Source of the DNA: a virus
Virus record (IMG/VR): IMGVR_UViG_3300012668_000271
Reading direction: 5' to 3' (one strand)
Length of the DNA stretch: 37,659 bases
Within the stretch, counting starts at the first letter, position 1; each line of letters opens with the position of its first letter. Below are positions 26,129-33,059 of the stretch, in pieces. Made by a program: the position numbers and the translations under genes. Below the pieces are notes generated by a model, which saw nothing but the letters and a program-made list of their open reading frames with translations, was not told the DNA's origin and did not search any database.

Positions 26129-26335
26129 TTAGCAACAGACGGATTTGATTTTTTCAGAAGAAGGATCGACATATTCATATTTTTTTAAAACTGAATGATA
26201 ATTTTTTTCTTCTAGCATAGCTCGATATGACTCGATTACCGAAAAGCAAAAATTAAATGAGGGAGAGCTTTCTTCATATTGCATAATATTACAACAAGCA
26301 GTTTCAAACATTTGACGTGCGAAGTCAGTTTTCAT
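26129..26335 (-). CDS. hypothetical protein (68 aa)
   Basis: ORF in the early leftward operon. No motif recognised. Confidence 0.45.
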   Translation of the reverse strand: MKTDFARQMFETACCNIMQYEESSPSFNFCFSVIESYRAMLEEKNYHSVLKKYEYVDPSSEKIKSVCC

Positions 26336-26344
26336 AAGATTCCT

Positions 26345-26653
26345 TCAAATTTTTTCTACAATTTTTATCTTGATAGGATATATTTCTTCAACCTGTTTTA
26401 TTTTCAAAGTGCTAATAGGTGTTCGCATTCCTTTAACATCAATGAATTCAATATCTCCATTAGACAAAAAGACAATGAAATCAACCACATACTTAATCTT
26501 ACCTGGAAGTCTAAATGGACATTGCATGAGAAAGAAGATGACATCTCCTGCAAGCTGACGTAATTTCAATTGATTATAAAATTGAGCTTCCAGTTTTGAG
26601 CTGAATTTAATCTCGTCGACTAAACAACGTATTGCACCGAATTTATGTTTCAT
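26345..26653 (-). CDS. DUF1064-type (PD-(D/E)XK-like) nuclease, possible resolvase
   Basis: MKHKFGAIRCLVDEIKFSSKLEAQFYNQL...VVDFIVF...EFIDVKG fits the DUF1064 pattern. Start chosen at the ATG behind GGAG; the ORF track extends to a GTG at 26677. Confidence 0.55.
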   Translation of the reverse strand: MKHKFGAIRCLVDEIKFSSKLEAQFYNQLKLRQLAGDVIFFLMQCPFRLPGKIKYVVDFIVFLSNGDIEFIDVKGMRTPISTLKIKQVEEIYPIKIKIVEKI

Positions 26654-26765
26654 TTGCTTGTCTCCATGCGGTGGCACTTTGGCATTTTTCTCGAGTAGAT
26701 TAATTTTTCATAAATCTAAAAGTCATGTCTACAAAAACTCATTTATGTGTGTATGTTTTTCAAAA

Positions 26766-27029
26766 CTATGCATTTGTGTCAAAATTAATTTCAGGTTTAT
26801 TATGTGGTATTTTTTCAGGAATATAAGGGTAATAGAATTTTGTATCATAATCATTAATGAAAATTCCTGACACACAAATACTTTCACAATTTTTATAATA
26901 ATCTGGGCTTTCAACAACCTTTTGAATGGCTTGATTAATCACCTCAGAATGATCATCCGAATCATCAATGTCAACGCAGTGATAGTTAGTCACTGCGATA
27001 TGAACTCTCCATTTAGGTAATTTTTTCAT
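26766..27029 (-). CDS. hypothetical protein (87 aa)
   Basis: ORF in the early operon. No motif recognised. Confidence 0.45.
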   Translation of the reverse strand: MKKLPKWRVHIAVTNYHCVDIDDSDDHSEVINQAIQKVVESPDYYKNCESICVSGIFINDYDTKFYYPYIPEKIPHNKPEINFDTNA

Positions 27030-27035
27030 GTTATC

Positions 27036-27449
27036 TCAAAATGGAATGTTAGAATCTTCAAAATGTGCAGGGGTCGATTGCGCTTGATTGGTTGAGTTTG
27101 CGTGATCAACACGTGTACTTGTTTGGCTCCATTGGTTTTGATCGTGTAAAGACCCGTTTGCTTGAATTTGAGTAGGTTTGGCTAAGGCATACTTAACATG
27201 GTTTTGAATCAACTTGCGAATTTCTTGAATTTCAAAGTTAGAATCTAGTAAAAAAGCTTCGACATAATCTTCTCTTGAATTTCCTGTTGAATCAATTTTA
27301 TAGCTAGCTTCCGTTGAAAAAAAGCCGTTACCTTCTTTGCTTGGAGTAATTTTATATCTAAAAATATATTTGTTATCGATTTTTACAGAGGCTATGCCTA
27401 AATATTTTTCATTGGGTGTTGGAATAAATCCTACAAATTCTATTGCCAT
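27036..27449 (-). CDS. SSB-like protein: N-terminal domain, Gln/Asn-rich linker and acidic ...DSNIPF tip
   Basis: The C-terminus FEDSNIPF resembles the bacterial SSB tip (D-D-D-I-P-F). About 40 aa of low-complexity linker precede it. Confidence 0.55.
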   Translation of the reverse strand: MAIEFVGFIPTPNEKYLGIASVKIDNKYIFRYKITPSKEGNGFFSTEASYKIDSTGNSREDYVEAFLLDSNFEIQEIRKLIQNHVKYALAKPTQIQANGSLHDQNQWSQTSTRVDHANSTNQAQSTPAHFEDSNIPF

Positions 27450-27461
27450 AATCTTTCCTAA

Positions 27462-27824
27462 TTAATTTTGTATTGGTTGTTTTTTTTCTTTTTTCTTTTT
27501 TTTCAATGAAATCAATGCGTTATTTTTCTGTATTTCTGCATATTTTTCTTGCATGTACTTGGTTCCTTCTTCCGAAAGAGACATCTTAAAATCATCATTT
27601 GTCTTTTTATTTGCAAACGAAACAAATGGGAAATTTACCTTTTTTTTTGATTCAGGATCGTAATTTGTCCTGATAGGCAAAGGAAAAATCCATTTCTTAA
27701 CAAACTTAACCATGATTCCACGCATATCTAAATCCAGATCAGGAAGGTAGATGTGCATGGAATAAACATTCTCTGTTTCTTCTTCTATCTTAAGGGGATA
27801 TACCTCTATAATTTCTATTTTCAT
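27462..27824 (-). CDS. hypothetical protein with Lys-rich tail (120 aa)
   Basis: ORF directly downstream of the initiator gene. Confidence 0.5.
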   Translation of the reverse strand: MKIEIIEVYPLKIEEETENVYSMHIYLPDLDLDMRGIMVKFVKKWIFPLPIRTNYDPESKKKVNFPFVSFANKKTNDDFKMSLSEEGTKYMQEKYAEIQKNNALISLKKKKKEKKQPIQN

Positions 27825-27881
27825 TTAGCACCTTTAAATTTTTAAGACAACTTTTCAATATAACAAAATACGAATTAAATA

Positions 27882-28826
27882 TCAATAAGTTTTGATGTTT
27901 TCCCAATAACGTTTATTTAAAATATCTTGTAAGTAAGCCCAATTATTTGAAATAACGCTTCCTTTTGATTTTTTCTTTTGATTTTGTAGACATAAATATT
28001 CAGAAGCCTTTTCGATGTCCGTGTGTGAAAATTTCTCAGCTATAGATTTTGCGTTGAGCGGTGGACATCCTTTTTGAATGAGCCAATCAAGAGCTTTTTG
28101 TTGAATAACGGGATTATCCGCAGGAAACAGCTTTCTTTTTTTATTTGAAGAAATAGCAGGATCGGCCTTGGCCGTGGGTTGTTGTTCTCTATACAGAGGG
28201 ATATTGTTATATGGGTTCTTTATAGGTTCACCACATGAATCGGTCTCCTGGGGGACAGATTCACCACATGAATCGGTCGGGGGGACAGATTCACCACATG
28301 AATCGGTCTCGATTTGATATTCATTTGGATTGACGCCAACTCCAATCCCGATTCCGATCCCCAAAGATTTAGAATGATTCAATGTCGACATAAACGCATT
28401 ATTCCAACGCCATATATCGAAAATGGTGTAGGTACATAGCTCTCGTTTGCTAGTAATCACATCGTTTTGTTTTTTTGAAATCATTTTTCTTTTTTCAATT
28501 ATCAAAGGATTTCCATCCAATTGATCCATTGACATTAGCAATTCTTTTTTTGCATTTACTATCGATCCAACAGAGCAATTTGCTTTTTCGGCTAATGATT
28601 TCGTTGTGTACCAGCACACATTATTATCACTGGCAATCATTCTAATTATTCTATAAAGCACTTTAGCATAAACGCTTAGTCTCCTTGTCGTAACAACACC
28701 TTTTTTATCAGTAAATTTATAAGTAAGGTAATCAACGATATTAGGAATACGAGTATAAAACTTGGGTTCTGAATTCTGAAAATGATAAGCATACAGTTCG
28801 GAGCGAGAAGAGTTTTGACAAGTCAT
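27882..28826 (-). CDS. replication initiator/organiser-type protein with winged-HTH (314 aa)
   Basis: LYRIIRMIASDNNVCWYTTKSLAEKANCSVGSIVNAKKEL is HTH-like. An internal repeat linker (TDSCGESVP x3, GIGIGIGVGV) separates N- and C-terminal domains. Lies next to an AT-rich non-coding region. Confidence 0.6.
   Translation of the reverse strand: MTCQNSSRSELYAYHFQNSEPKFYTRIPNIVDYLTYKFTDKKGVVTTRRLSVYAKVLYRIIRMIASDNNVCWYTTKSLAEKANCSVGSIVNAKKELLMSMDQLDGNPLIIEKRKMISKKQNDVITSKRELCTYTIFDIWRWNNAFMSTLNHSKSLGIGIGIGVGVNPNEYQIETDSCGESVPPTDSCGESVPQETDSCGEPIKNPYNNIPLYREQQPTAKADPAISSNKKRKLFPADNPVIQQKALDWLIQKGCPPLNAKSIAEKFSHTDIEKASEYLCLQNQKKKSKGSVISNNWAYLQDILNKRYWENIKTY
28227..28308. repeat. three direct repeats TTCACCACATGAATCGGTC (iteron candidates) inside the initiator gene
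   Basis: Copies at 28227, 28260 and 28290. The last two units share 28 identical nt (GGGGACAGATTCACCACATGAATCGGTC) with a 30-nt period. Confidence 0.85.
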
Positions 28827-28847
28827 TTATTTAACCTACAAAATTAA

Positions 28848-28876
28848 TTGAATTAATGTTTGTAAAATGATATAAA
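28848..28876 (+). promoter_or_regulatory. sigma70-like promoter TTGAAT-17-TGaTATAAA (extended -10)
   Basis: TTGAAT at 28848-28853, a 17-nt spacer ending in TGA, TATAAA at 28871-28876. Divergent from the initiator ATG at 28826. Confidence 0.55.
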
Positions 28877-28880
28877 TAAA

Positions 28881-29051
28881 GCACCTACAAAGGTGAATTA
28901 TTTATATATCTTACGTTTCCCGAAAACCTTAAATTTCGGGAATGCGATACGTTTTTTACTGTATCGATAGATTCATAATAGACCCCTCATTTGTCAATGC
29001 ATTCGTTTGAAGGTTTTCATAAATCGAATGAGGGGCCTTTCTTTTTTTTTT
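28881..29051 (+). ncRNA. candidate structured small RNA (about 170 nt), promoter to terminator
   Basis: Hairpins CACCU/AGGUG (28882-28895), UUCCCGAAA/UUUCGGGAA (28917-28942) and CGAUAC/GUAUCG (28945-28966). Terminator CCCCUCAUU/AAUGAGGGG (28983-29035) followed by a C/T tract ending in T10. No ORF. Confidence 0.45.
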
Positions 29052-29206
29052 CACAAGAACTTAAACTACAACTTATGAGCATAAAAATCCCCTTATTTTT
29101 TTTAAACGTATATTTTTAAAAAACAAAATTGAACTTATTAAGGAAATTTAAAATATTTTCTTAACAAATTTATTTTTGTTGAGTTTTTTTTTATGGATAG
29201 GTAAAA

Positions 29207-29300
29207 TCAAGATATCAGTTTTCCATTGATATTTTGAACACCAATCCGTTTTCATAGGACGGACTTCTTTTCAGGCCGGTTGAATCCCGGTCTTTTTTTT
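29207..29300 (+). ncRNA. second candidate small RNA (about 90 nt) ending in a strong terminator
   Basis: Possible promoter TTGAGT-17-TAAAAT (29179-29207). 11-bp hairpin at 29207-29237, hairpin at 29245-29263, and terminator GGCCGG-7 nt-CCGGTC plus T8 (29274-29300). The 5' end is uncertain. Confidence 0.4.
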
Positions 29301-29312
29301 ATGCATAAATAA

Positions 29313-29516
29313 CTACTTTACTTCATCTGCTATCAATTCATTTACTATAGGTTGCACTACTTCTTCAGCAGGTTTAATATACACAGTCGTTAGGAATAAG
29401 TCTGAAGGAAATTCTTTTACGTTGATTCCTTTCACATCTATGAATTGAAGGCATGGAACAATAGCTTTCATATATGTCATAGCTTCTTCATTAACCATTA
29501 ATAAATAATTTTTCAT
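29313..29516 (-). CDS. hypothetical protein (67 aa)
   Basis: ORF with a GGAAAAA RBS-like sequence. No motif recognised. Confidence 0.45.
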   Translation of the reverse strand: MKNYLLMVNEEAMTYMKAIVPCLQFIDVKGINVKEFPSDLFLTTVYIKPAEEVVQPIVNELIADEVK

Positions 29517-29688
29517 GATTTTTCCTTTTTTTCATGATTGATGATGTTTTATTTTTCCATTTCATTCTTTTGAAACATCAAACCAAAAAATTTTATTTAC
29601 ATAGTCTGAAAATACTTCATCAAATCGGTTACTCTAAAGAGTCAATATCTTGTCATGCACACATAATTACTTGTGAACGTCTGATAAT

Positions 29689-29937
29689 TTATATTATGTT
29701 AGCTTTATATCTGAGTAATTGTCGTTCTAGCATATTCGTGGGCTTGAATTCAGATATTTCTACTATTTTGGAAGTAAAGTTTATTTTCACATCGCCTTCA
29801 CAAGCGCTTTCAGGCATGGTGTTTTTTTGACAAGCTTTGCAGAAAAATTTAGCACAAAAATCAACGCGTGTGCGTTCATAAAACTTCTTAGCACTCTCGT
29901 CTTCCAAGTGCTTACATTCATAACATCTATGTTTCAT
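29689..29937 (-). CDS. Cys-rich (zinc-binding type) small protein (82 aa)
   Basis: CYECKH...FCAKFFCKACQ...ACEGD cysteine pairs. Confidence 0.5.
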   Translation of the reverse strand: MKHRCYECKHLEDESAKKFYERTRVDFCAKFFCKACQKNTMPESACEGDVKINFTSKIVEISEFKPTNMLERQLLRYKANII

Positions 29938-30018
29938 TTATCTAATACTTTTGATATTTTCGTTTTTCAAGAATTGGCCGATCTCAATTTTACTAATTTG
30001 CGATTGATAAACTTCGAC

Positions 30019-30360
30019 TCATTTTAACCCCAAAACAAATTTAATAATTGTATCAACCTCATTCATCTCTTTTAAATGAAGGCTTCCAATTTTTGTACCT
30101 ATTCTTGTTTTATCTACGGCTTTGAGCTGATCGATCATTGCCTTCCCAGTCACAAAAGAATGATCAGAAATTTCATATTCAAAGGCGTATACTTTCTTTA
30201 GTTTCGATGTTATAGGTGCAACGATCACTCTATTTGAATTTTCATTCATATCATCATGGGAGCAGATCAATGCGGGTCTTTTCTTTCTTGTCTCAGTGCC
30301 AGTCGAAGGATCAAAATCAACCCAAAATATATCACCGCGTTTAATATTCGTTTGTTTCAT
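30019..30360 (-). CDS. mazF: MazF/PemK-family toxin endoribonuclease
   Basis: IKRGDIFWVDFDPSTGTETRKKRPALI...VIVAPITSK...IDQLKAVDKTRIG matches the PemK/MazF pattern along its full length. Confidence 0.9.
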   Translation of the reverse strand: MKQTNIKRGDIFWVDFDPSTGTETRKKRPALICSHDDMNENSNRVIVAPITSKLKKVYAFEYEISDHSFVTGKAMIDQLKAVDKTRIGTKIGSLHLKEMNEVDTIIKFVLGLK

Positions 30361-30583
30361 CCAAACCGTCCCCTATAAATATATCCCATTCAGCGGCTTC
30401 TTTATTTCTTTCTTCATCAGCAGCAGCTTCTCTATATTGCTTAGCAACACTGCATTTTTTTTCTTCTAATCCTTTCTGAATAAGAATTGAGACAAAACCA
30501 CTTATCCCTCTTCCTGGAATATAGGAATGTAAATCTCTTATCAAATTCTCAGGTAAAGTAATAGTGATTGGAACTTTTCTCAT
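30341..30583 (-). CDS. ribbon-helix-helix antitoxin (80 aa)
   Basis: AAGGAGA sits 4 nt before ATG 30583. MRKVPITITLPENLIRDLHSY...GFVSILIQKGLEE is CopG/RHH-like. Overlaps mazF by 20 nt. The ORF-track start at 30613 lies upstream of the predicted promoter. Confidence 0.75.
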   Translation of the reverse strand: MRKVPITITLPENLIRDLHSYIPGRGISGFVSILIQKGLEEKKCSVAKQYREAAADEERNKEAAEWDIFIGDGLDETNEY

Positions 30584-30608
30584 ATATTCTCCTTGGTCCA
30601 TACTATGT

Positions 30609-30637
30609 ATCATATACGTATATTATATAAAGTACAA
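30609..30637 (-). promoter_or_regulatory. TTGTAC-17-TATGAT promoter overlapping a 12-bp palindrome ATATACGTATAT
   Basis: On the minus strand, -35 at 30637-30632 and -10 at 30614-30609. The perfect palindrome at 30612-30623 spans the -10, as expected for an antitoxin operator. Confidence 0.5.
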
Positions 30638-30669
30638 TGTTTATTTTATATGGCAGTTTCGACTCATTG

Positions 30670-31140
30670 TCATTCAAATAAATCTTTTTGATCCATAAAT
30701 GGAAAGGAGACTTTCAAAGCTTCTCTTACGATCATTGGTATGGATATGGGCTTATTTCTTTTTTTTGTCTCCTCAAGGGCTTTTTTCTGAATCATATTAT
30801 ATTGTGCTATAGGCAGAAGTAAGCAGATAGACTTTGATCCAAACTGTGAATTAATAATTGGTGTTTTTAATCCCATCTGTCTGCCTACTCTTTTTTTCAC
30901 CCAGGCGCATTTATCTTTTTTGAAAATATTACCTTCAATGAGCTCCAATCCGTCGCAGTGAGGAGGTATCGTGCCCATGTCTGTGATGAATGCCCCAAAA
31001 CTTTCTAACCACTCCGGACAAATGGTTATTCCTAGTGCCCCATATTTTGGGTAACTCAAGAATTTGGGGTTCTTCACACATGACTTCATTCTTTGCCATG
31101 CTTGATATTCTTTGGAGTGGCTTGAATTGTGACTCGTCAT
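30670..31140 (-). CDS. degenerate paralogue of the 16225 HNH-like family with an RHH-like C-terminus (156 aa)
   Basis: SKEYQAWQRMKSC...YGALGITICPEWLESFGAFITDMG parallels KEYQCWRAFKNRC...YGGRGITVSNEWLEFVNFYSDMG, but the IDRIDNN..NCRW motif is replaced by LELIEGN...KCAWV. GAGG RBS before ATG 31140. Confidence 0.6.
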   Translation of the reverse strand: MTSHNSSHSKEYQAWQRMKSCVKNPKFLSYPKYGALGITICPEWLESFGAFITDMGTIPPHCDGLELIEGNIFKKDKCAWVKKRVGRQMGLKTPIINSQFGSKSICLLLPIAQYNMIQKKALEETKKRNKPISIPMIVREALKVSFPFMDQKDLFE

Positions 31141-31597
31141 TTTTTACCTCAAAATTAAATTCTAATTGATTTGATTTTAATGGGTATTCTTTCATCACTA
31201 TATCTTTCAGTAGTTTTGACATAGATTTTCCTTTTAACTGCGATATATGCAGTAAATTTACAAAATCTTTGATGGGTAAGGTGAAAGATACATTAATATT
31301 TTTATGAATATTATCTAAAAATTGTATGGGTGTTTGCGGATTATTATCAGGGTTTAGCTTGCTATTTTTGCGATGAGCCTTACCATGACATTTACGACAT
31401 AGCCACATAACATCTAAAGGTTTTCCATAATCAATATGGTGTGACTCAATATCAAAACATATATTTTTGCATGATTCACAAGTACTTGGTTTAATGAGTT
31501 CTCTGTTTCTTATTGCCTTTGATGCAATATTTCTGGAGAATCTGCGTCTTTTAACCTGTAAGATTCTATCGTAATTAATTGTGTATTCAAATTTCAT
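30935..31597 (-). CDS. HNH endonuclease (220-aa ORF; last 206 nt overlap the next gene out of frame)
   Basis: CESCKN...ESHHIDYGKPLDVMWLCRKCHGKAH is a classic HNH/zinc signature. It is followed by an RHH-like VSFTLPIKDFVNLLHISQLKGKSMSKLLKDIV. Confidence 0.75.
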   Translation of the reverse strand: MKFEYTINYDRILQVKRRRFSRNIASKAIRNRELIKPSTCESCKNICFDIESHHIDYGKPLDVMWLCRKCHGKAHRKNSKLNPDNNPQTPIQFLDNIHKNINVSFTLPIKDFVNLLHISQLKGKSMSKLLKDIVMKEYPLKSNQLEFNFEVKNDESQFKPLQRISSMAKNEVMCEEPQILELPKIWGTRNNHLSGVVRKFWGIHHRHGHDTSSLRRIGAH

Positions 31598-31791
31598 AGC
31601 GGTTTTCGTCCGATGTTTTCTGTCGAAGGTTTAACAGCACTTTCTGTCAATTCGATTATTTTATTAGCATATTTAGGGCAAATAGGAATTCCATTTTTAA
31701 CTTTATTTATAACAGGACGTGAGCAACCAACCTTTTTAGCAAAGGAAATCGTTGTCATATTTTTTTGTCTTAGCCATGTTTCCAAATCCAC
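31594..31791 (-). CDS. Cro/XRE-type HTH regulator
   Basis: TTISFAKKVGCSRPVINKVKNG is an HTH. GTG 31791 lies behind GAGG (6-nt spacer). The ORF track begins at TTG 31803. Confidence 0.65.
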   Translation of the reverse strand: MDLETWLRQKNMTTISFAKKVGCSRPVINKVKNGIPICPKYANKIIELTESAVKPSTENIGRKPL

Positions 31792-31808
31792 CTTGCACCT
31801 CAATTAAA

Positions 31809-31838
31809 ATAATATCTTCTTGAATGTTAATTTGTCAA
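31809..31838 (-). promoter_or_regulatory. TTGACA-18-TATTAT early leftward promoter
   Basis: On the minus strand, TTGACA at 31838-31833 and TATTAT at 31814-31809. It overlaps the palindrome CAATATAATATTG (31836-31848) and abuts a plus-strand TATAAT at 31839-31844. Confidence 0.55.
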
Positions 31839-31874
31839 TATAATATTGAAATATAATTCGATTTAAGATAGAAT

Positions 31875-31910
31875 AAAAAAAACCCACAAGATTTGTGGGC
31901 TTTACGTTTT
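31875..31910. terminator. bidirectional intrinsic terminator candidate
   Basis: A8, then CCCACAA-GAT-TTGTGGG (31883-31899), then CTTTACGTTTT. The T run is stronger for minus-strand transcripts. Confidence 0.5.
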
Positions 31911-31969
31911 AAAGGATACAATGAGAAAAATTCATAATATCACAAAAATTAATTACATCAAAAGGAATC

Positions 31970-32590
31970 ATGAATAATTCTATACCAGACGGTTATACAC
32001 GTGTTACAGAGCCATTGAAAGCCTTTTCTAATTATGAAAGCATTCCACCTGATATATTAAAAAACGCAGCAGATAGAGGAACTAGAACACATAAATTTTG
32101 TGAACTATATGTAAAAAACATCTTTTTTATTCCTGATGAAGATTGTAAAAATTATTTTAATTGTTTTGAAAGATGGTATCTTGAAAATGTACAAGAAGTA
32201 ATATTTATGGAAAAAAGATTCAATCATGACGAACTTCTGTTAACTGGATGCATTGACATGGTAGCAATATTAAAAAATGAAGAAAAACCTTGTTTAATAG
32301 ATATCAAAACAACTTCTCAACCGCATAAGAATTGGGCACTACAGACAGCAGCTTATCAAATGCTTTTAAAACATGTTGATCAAATCGACATAAATAAAAG
32401 GATAGCCGTAAGGTTACCAAAAAAAGGTGATAAGGCTAAAACGATAGATTATTTAAATTATGAAAATGATATAAGATTATATTTAAATTGTTTGGAACTT
32501 TATCGCTATATTACGCCGACAAAAAGCATCAAAAAAACAATTCCGGATGAAAATATTTTCATTCAAAATGACTTTCTTCTTGATCTTTAA
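31970..32590 (+). CDS. PD-(D/E)XK (RecB/Cas4-like) exonuclease
   Basis: GTRTHKF..., CIDMV...LIDIKTT (D...D-x-K) and QTAAYQML (QxxxY) motifs. AAAGGA RBS. Confidence 0.65.
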   Translation: MNNSIPDGYTRVTEPLKAFSNYESIPPDILKNAADRGTRTHKFCELYVKNIFFIPDEDCKNYFNCFERWYLENVQEVIFMEKRFNHDELLLTGCIDMVAILKNEEKPCLIDIKTTSQPHKNWALQTAAYQMLLKHVDQIDINKRIAVRLPKKGDKAKTIDYLNYENDIRLYLNCLELYRYITPTKSIKKTIPDENIFIQNDFLLDL

Positions 32591-32705
32591 ATTGTATTTC
32601 GATTATATTGTGAATATCAAAACAACAGTCTCCCTGGTGACTTGGACTTAGTGAGCCGAGCAGGTTGTAGCTTAAAGTTTTGATAAATAACACAAAGGAA
32701 AACAC

Positions 32706-32885
32706 ATGAATACACATATACAAGAATTAATTTATACAGCAAACAAATTATGCTTTTCATTAGATGAAATTATTAAGAAAGATAAAGAATTTTCATTAAA
32801 TGTATTAATTGAATTAGATAAAATAAATTTAAATACTCAAAAAATAAGAATAAATCTAACAGAGATAAGAGATTACATATCTTGA
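32706..32885 (+). CDS. hypothetical 59-aa protein, candidate
   Basis: AAGGAAA RBS before the ATG. One codon below the ORF-track cutoff. Lies between the exonuclease and the annealing protein. Confidence 0.4.
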   Translation: MNTHIQELIYTANKLCFSLDEIIKKDKEFSLNVLIELDKINLNTQKIRINLTEIRDYIS

Positions 32886-33052
32886 ATTATTTCCATCAAT
32901 ATGCTGATCAGATTGATGATATTCTTGGGGTTATTGAAATCGAAGATGATGATGATGATGAATATCTAAGCGATGATCAAGATATTGATCAAAATGATGG
33001 ATGTCCTAGGTGTTCTGGAGGCTGTAATTATTGTTTAATGGTAGATTATTAA
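32882..33052 (+). CDS. acidic 56-aa protein with C-terminal CPRC..GGCNYC zinc-ribbon, candidate (TTG start)
   Basis: The open frame runs up to the RBS of the ERF gene. TTG overlaps the upstream TGA (TTGA). Contains the acidic run EIEDDDDDEYLSDDQDIDQNDG. Confidence 0.3.
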   Translation: MNYFHQYADQIDDILGVIEIEDDDDDEYLSDDQDIDQNDGCPRCSGGCNYCLMVDY

Positions 33053-33059
33053 GGAAAAA

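Noticed and set aside
26658-26917. ORFs 26658..26870 (+) and 26729..26917 (-)
   Set aside because: They overlap the better-supported 26766..27029 gene or AT-rich intergenic DNA. They have hydrophobic or low-complexity translations and no RBS.
28227-28308. Three 30-33-nt spaced repeats as a mini CRISPR array
   Set aside because: The spacers are only 11-14 nt. The whole block is in-frame coding sequence of the initiator gene, and no cas genes are present.
29245-29300. tRNA-like features: a 7-nt loop UUCAUAG (anticodon CAU) and a T-arm-like GGCCGGUUGAAUCCCGGUC
   Set aside because: There is no D-arm with GG and no acceptor stem (the 3' side is a U8 tract). The T-loop has G where the invariant C56 should be, and the spacing does not fit a cloverleaf.
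32627-32680. GC-richer island (CAGTCTCCCTGGTGACTTGGACTTAGTGAGCCGAGCAGGTTGTAGC) considered as an attP core or tRNA fragment
   Set aside because: No integrase was found in the genome, the segment has no tRNA 3'-end signature, and only a weak 5-bp hairpin can be drawn. Left unexplained.
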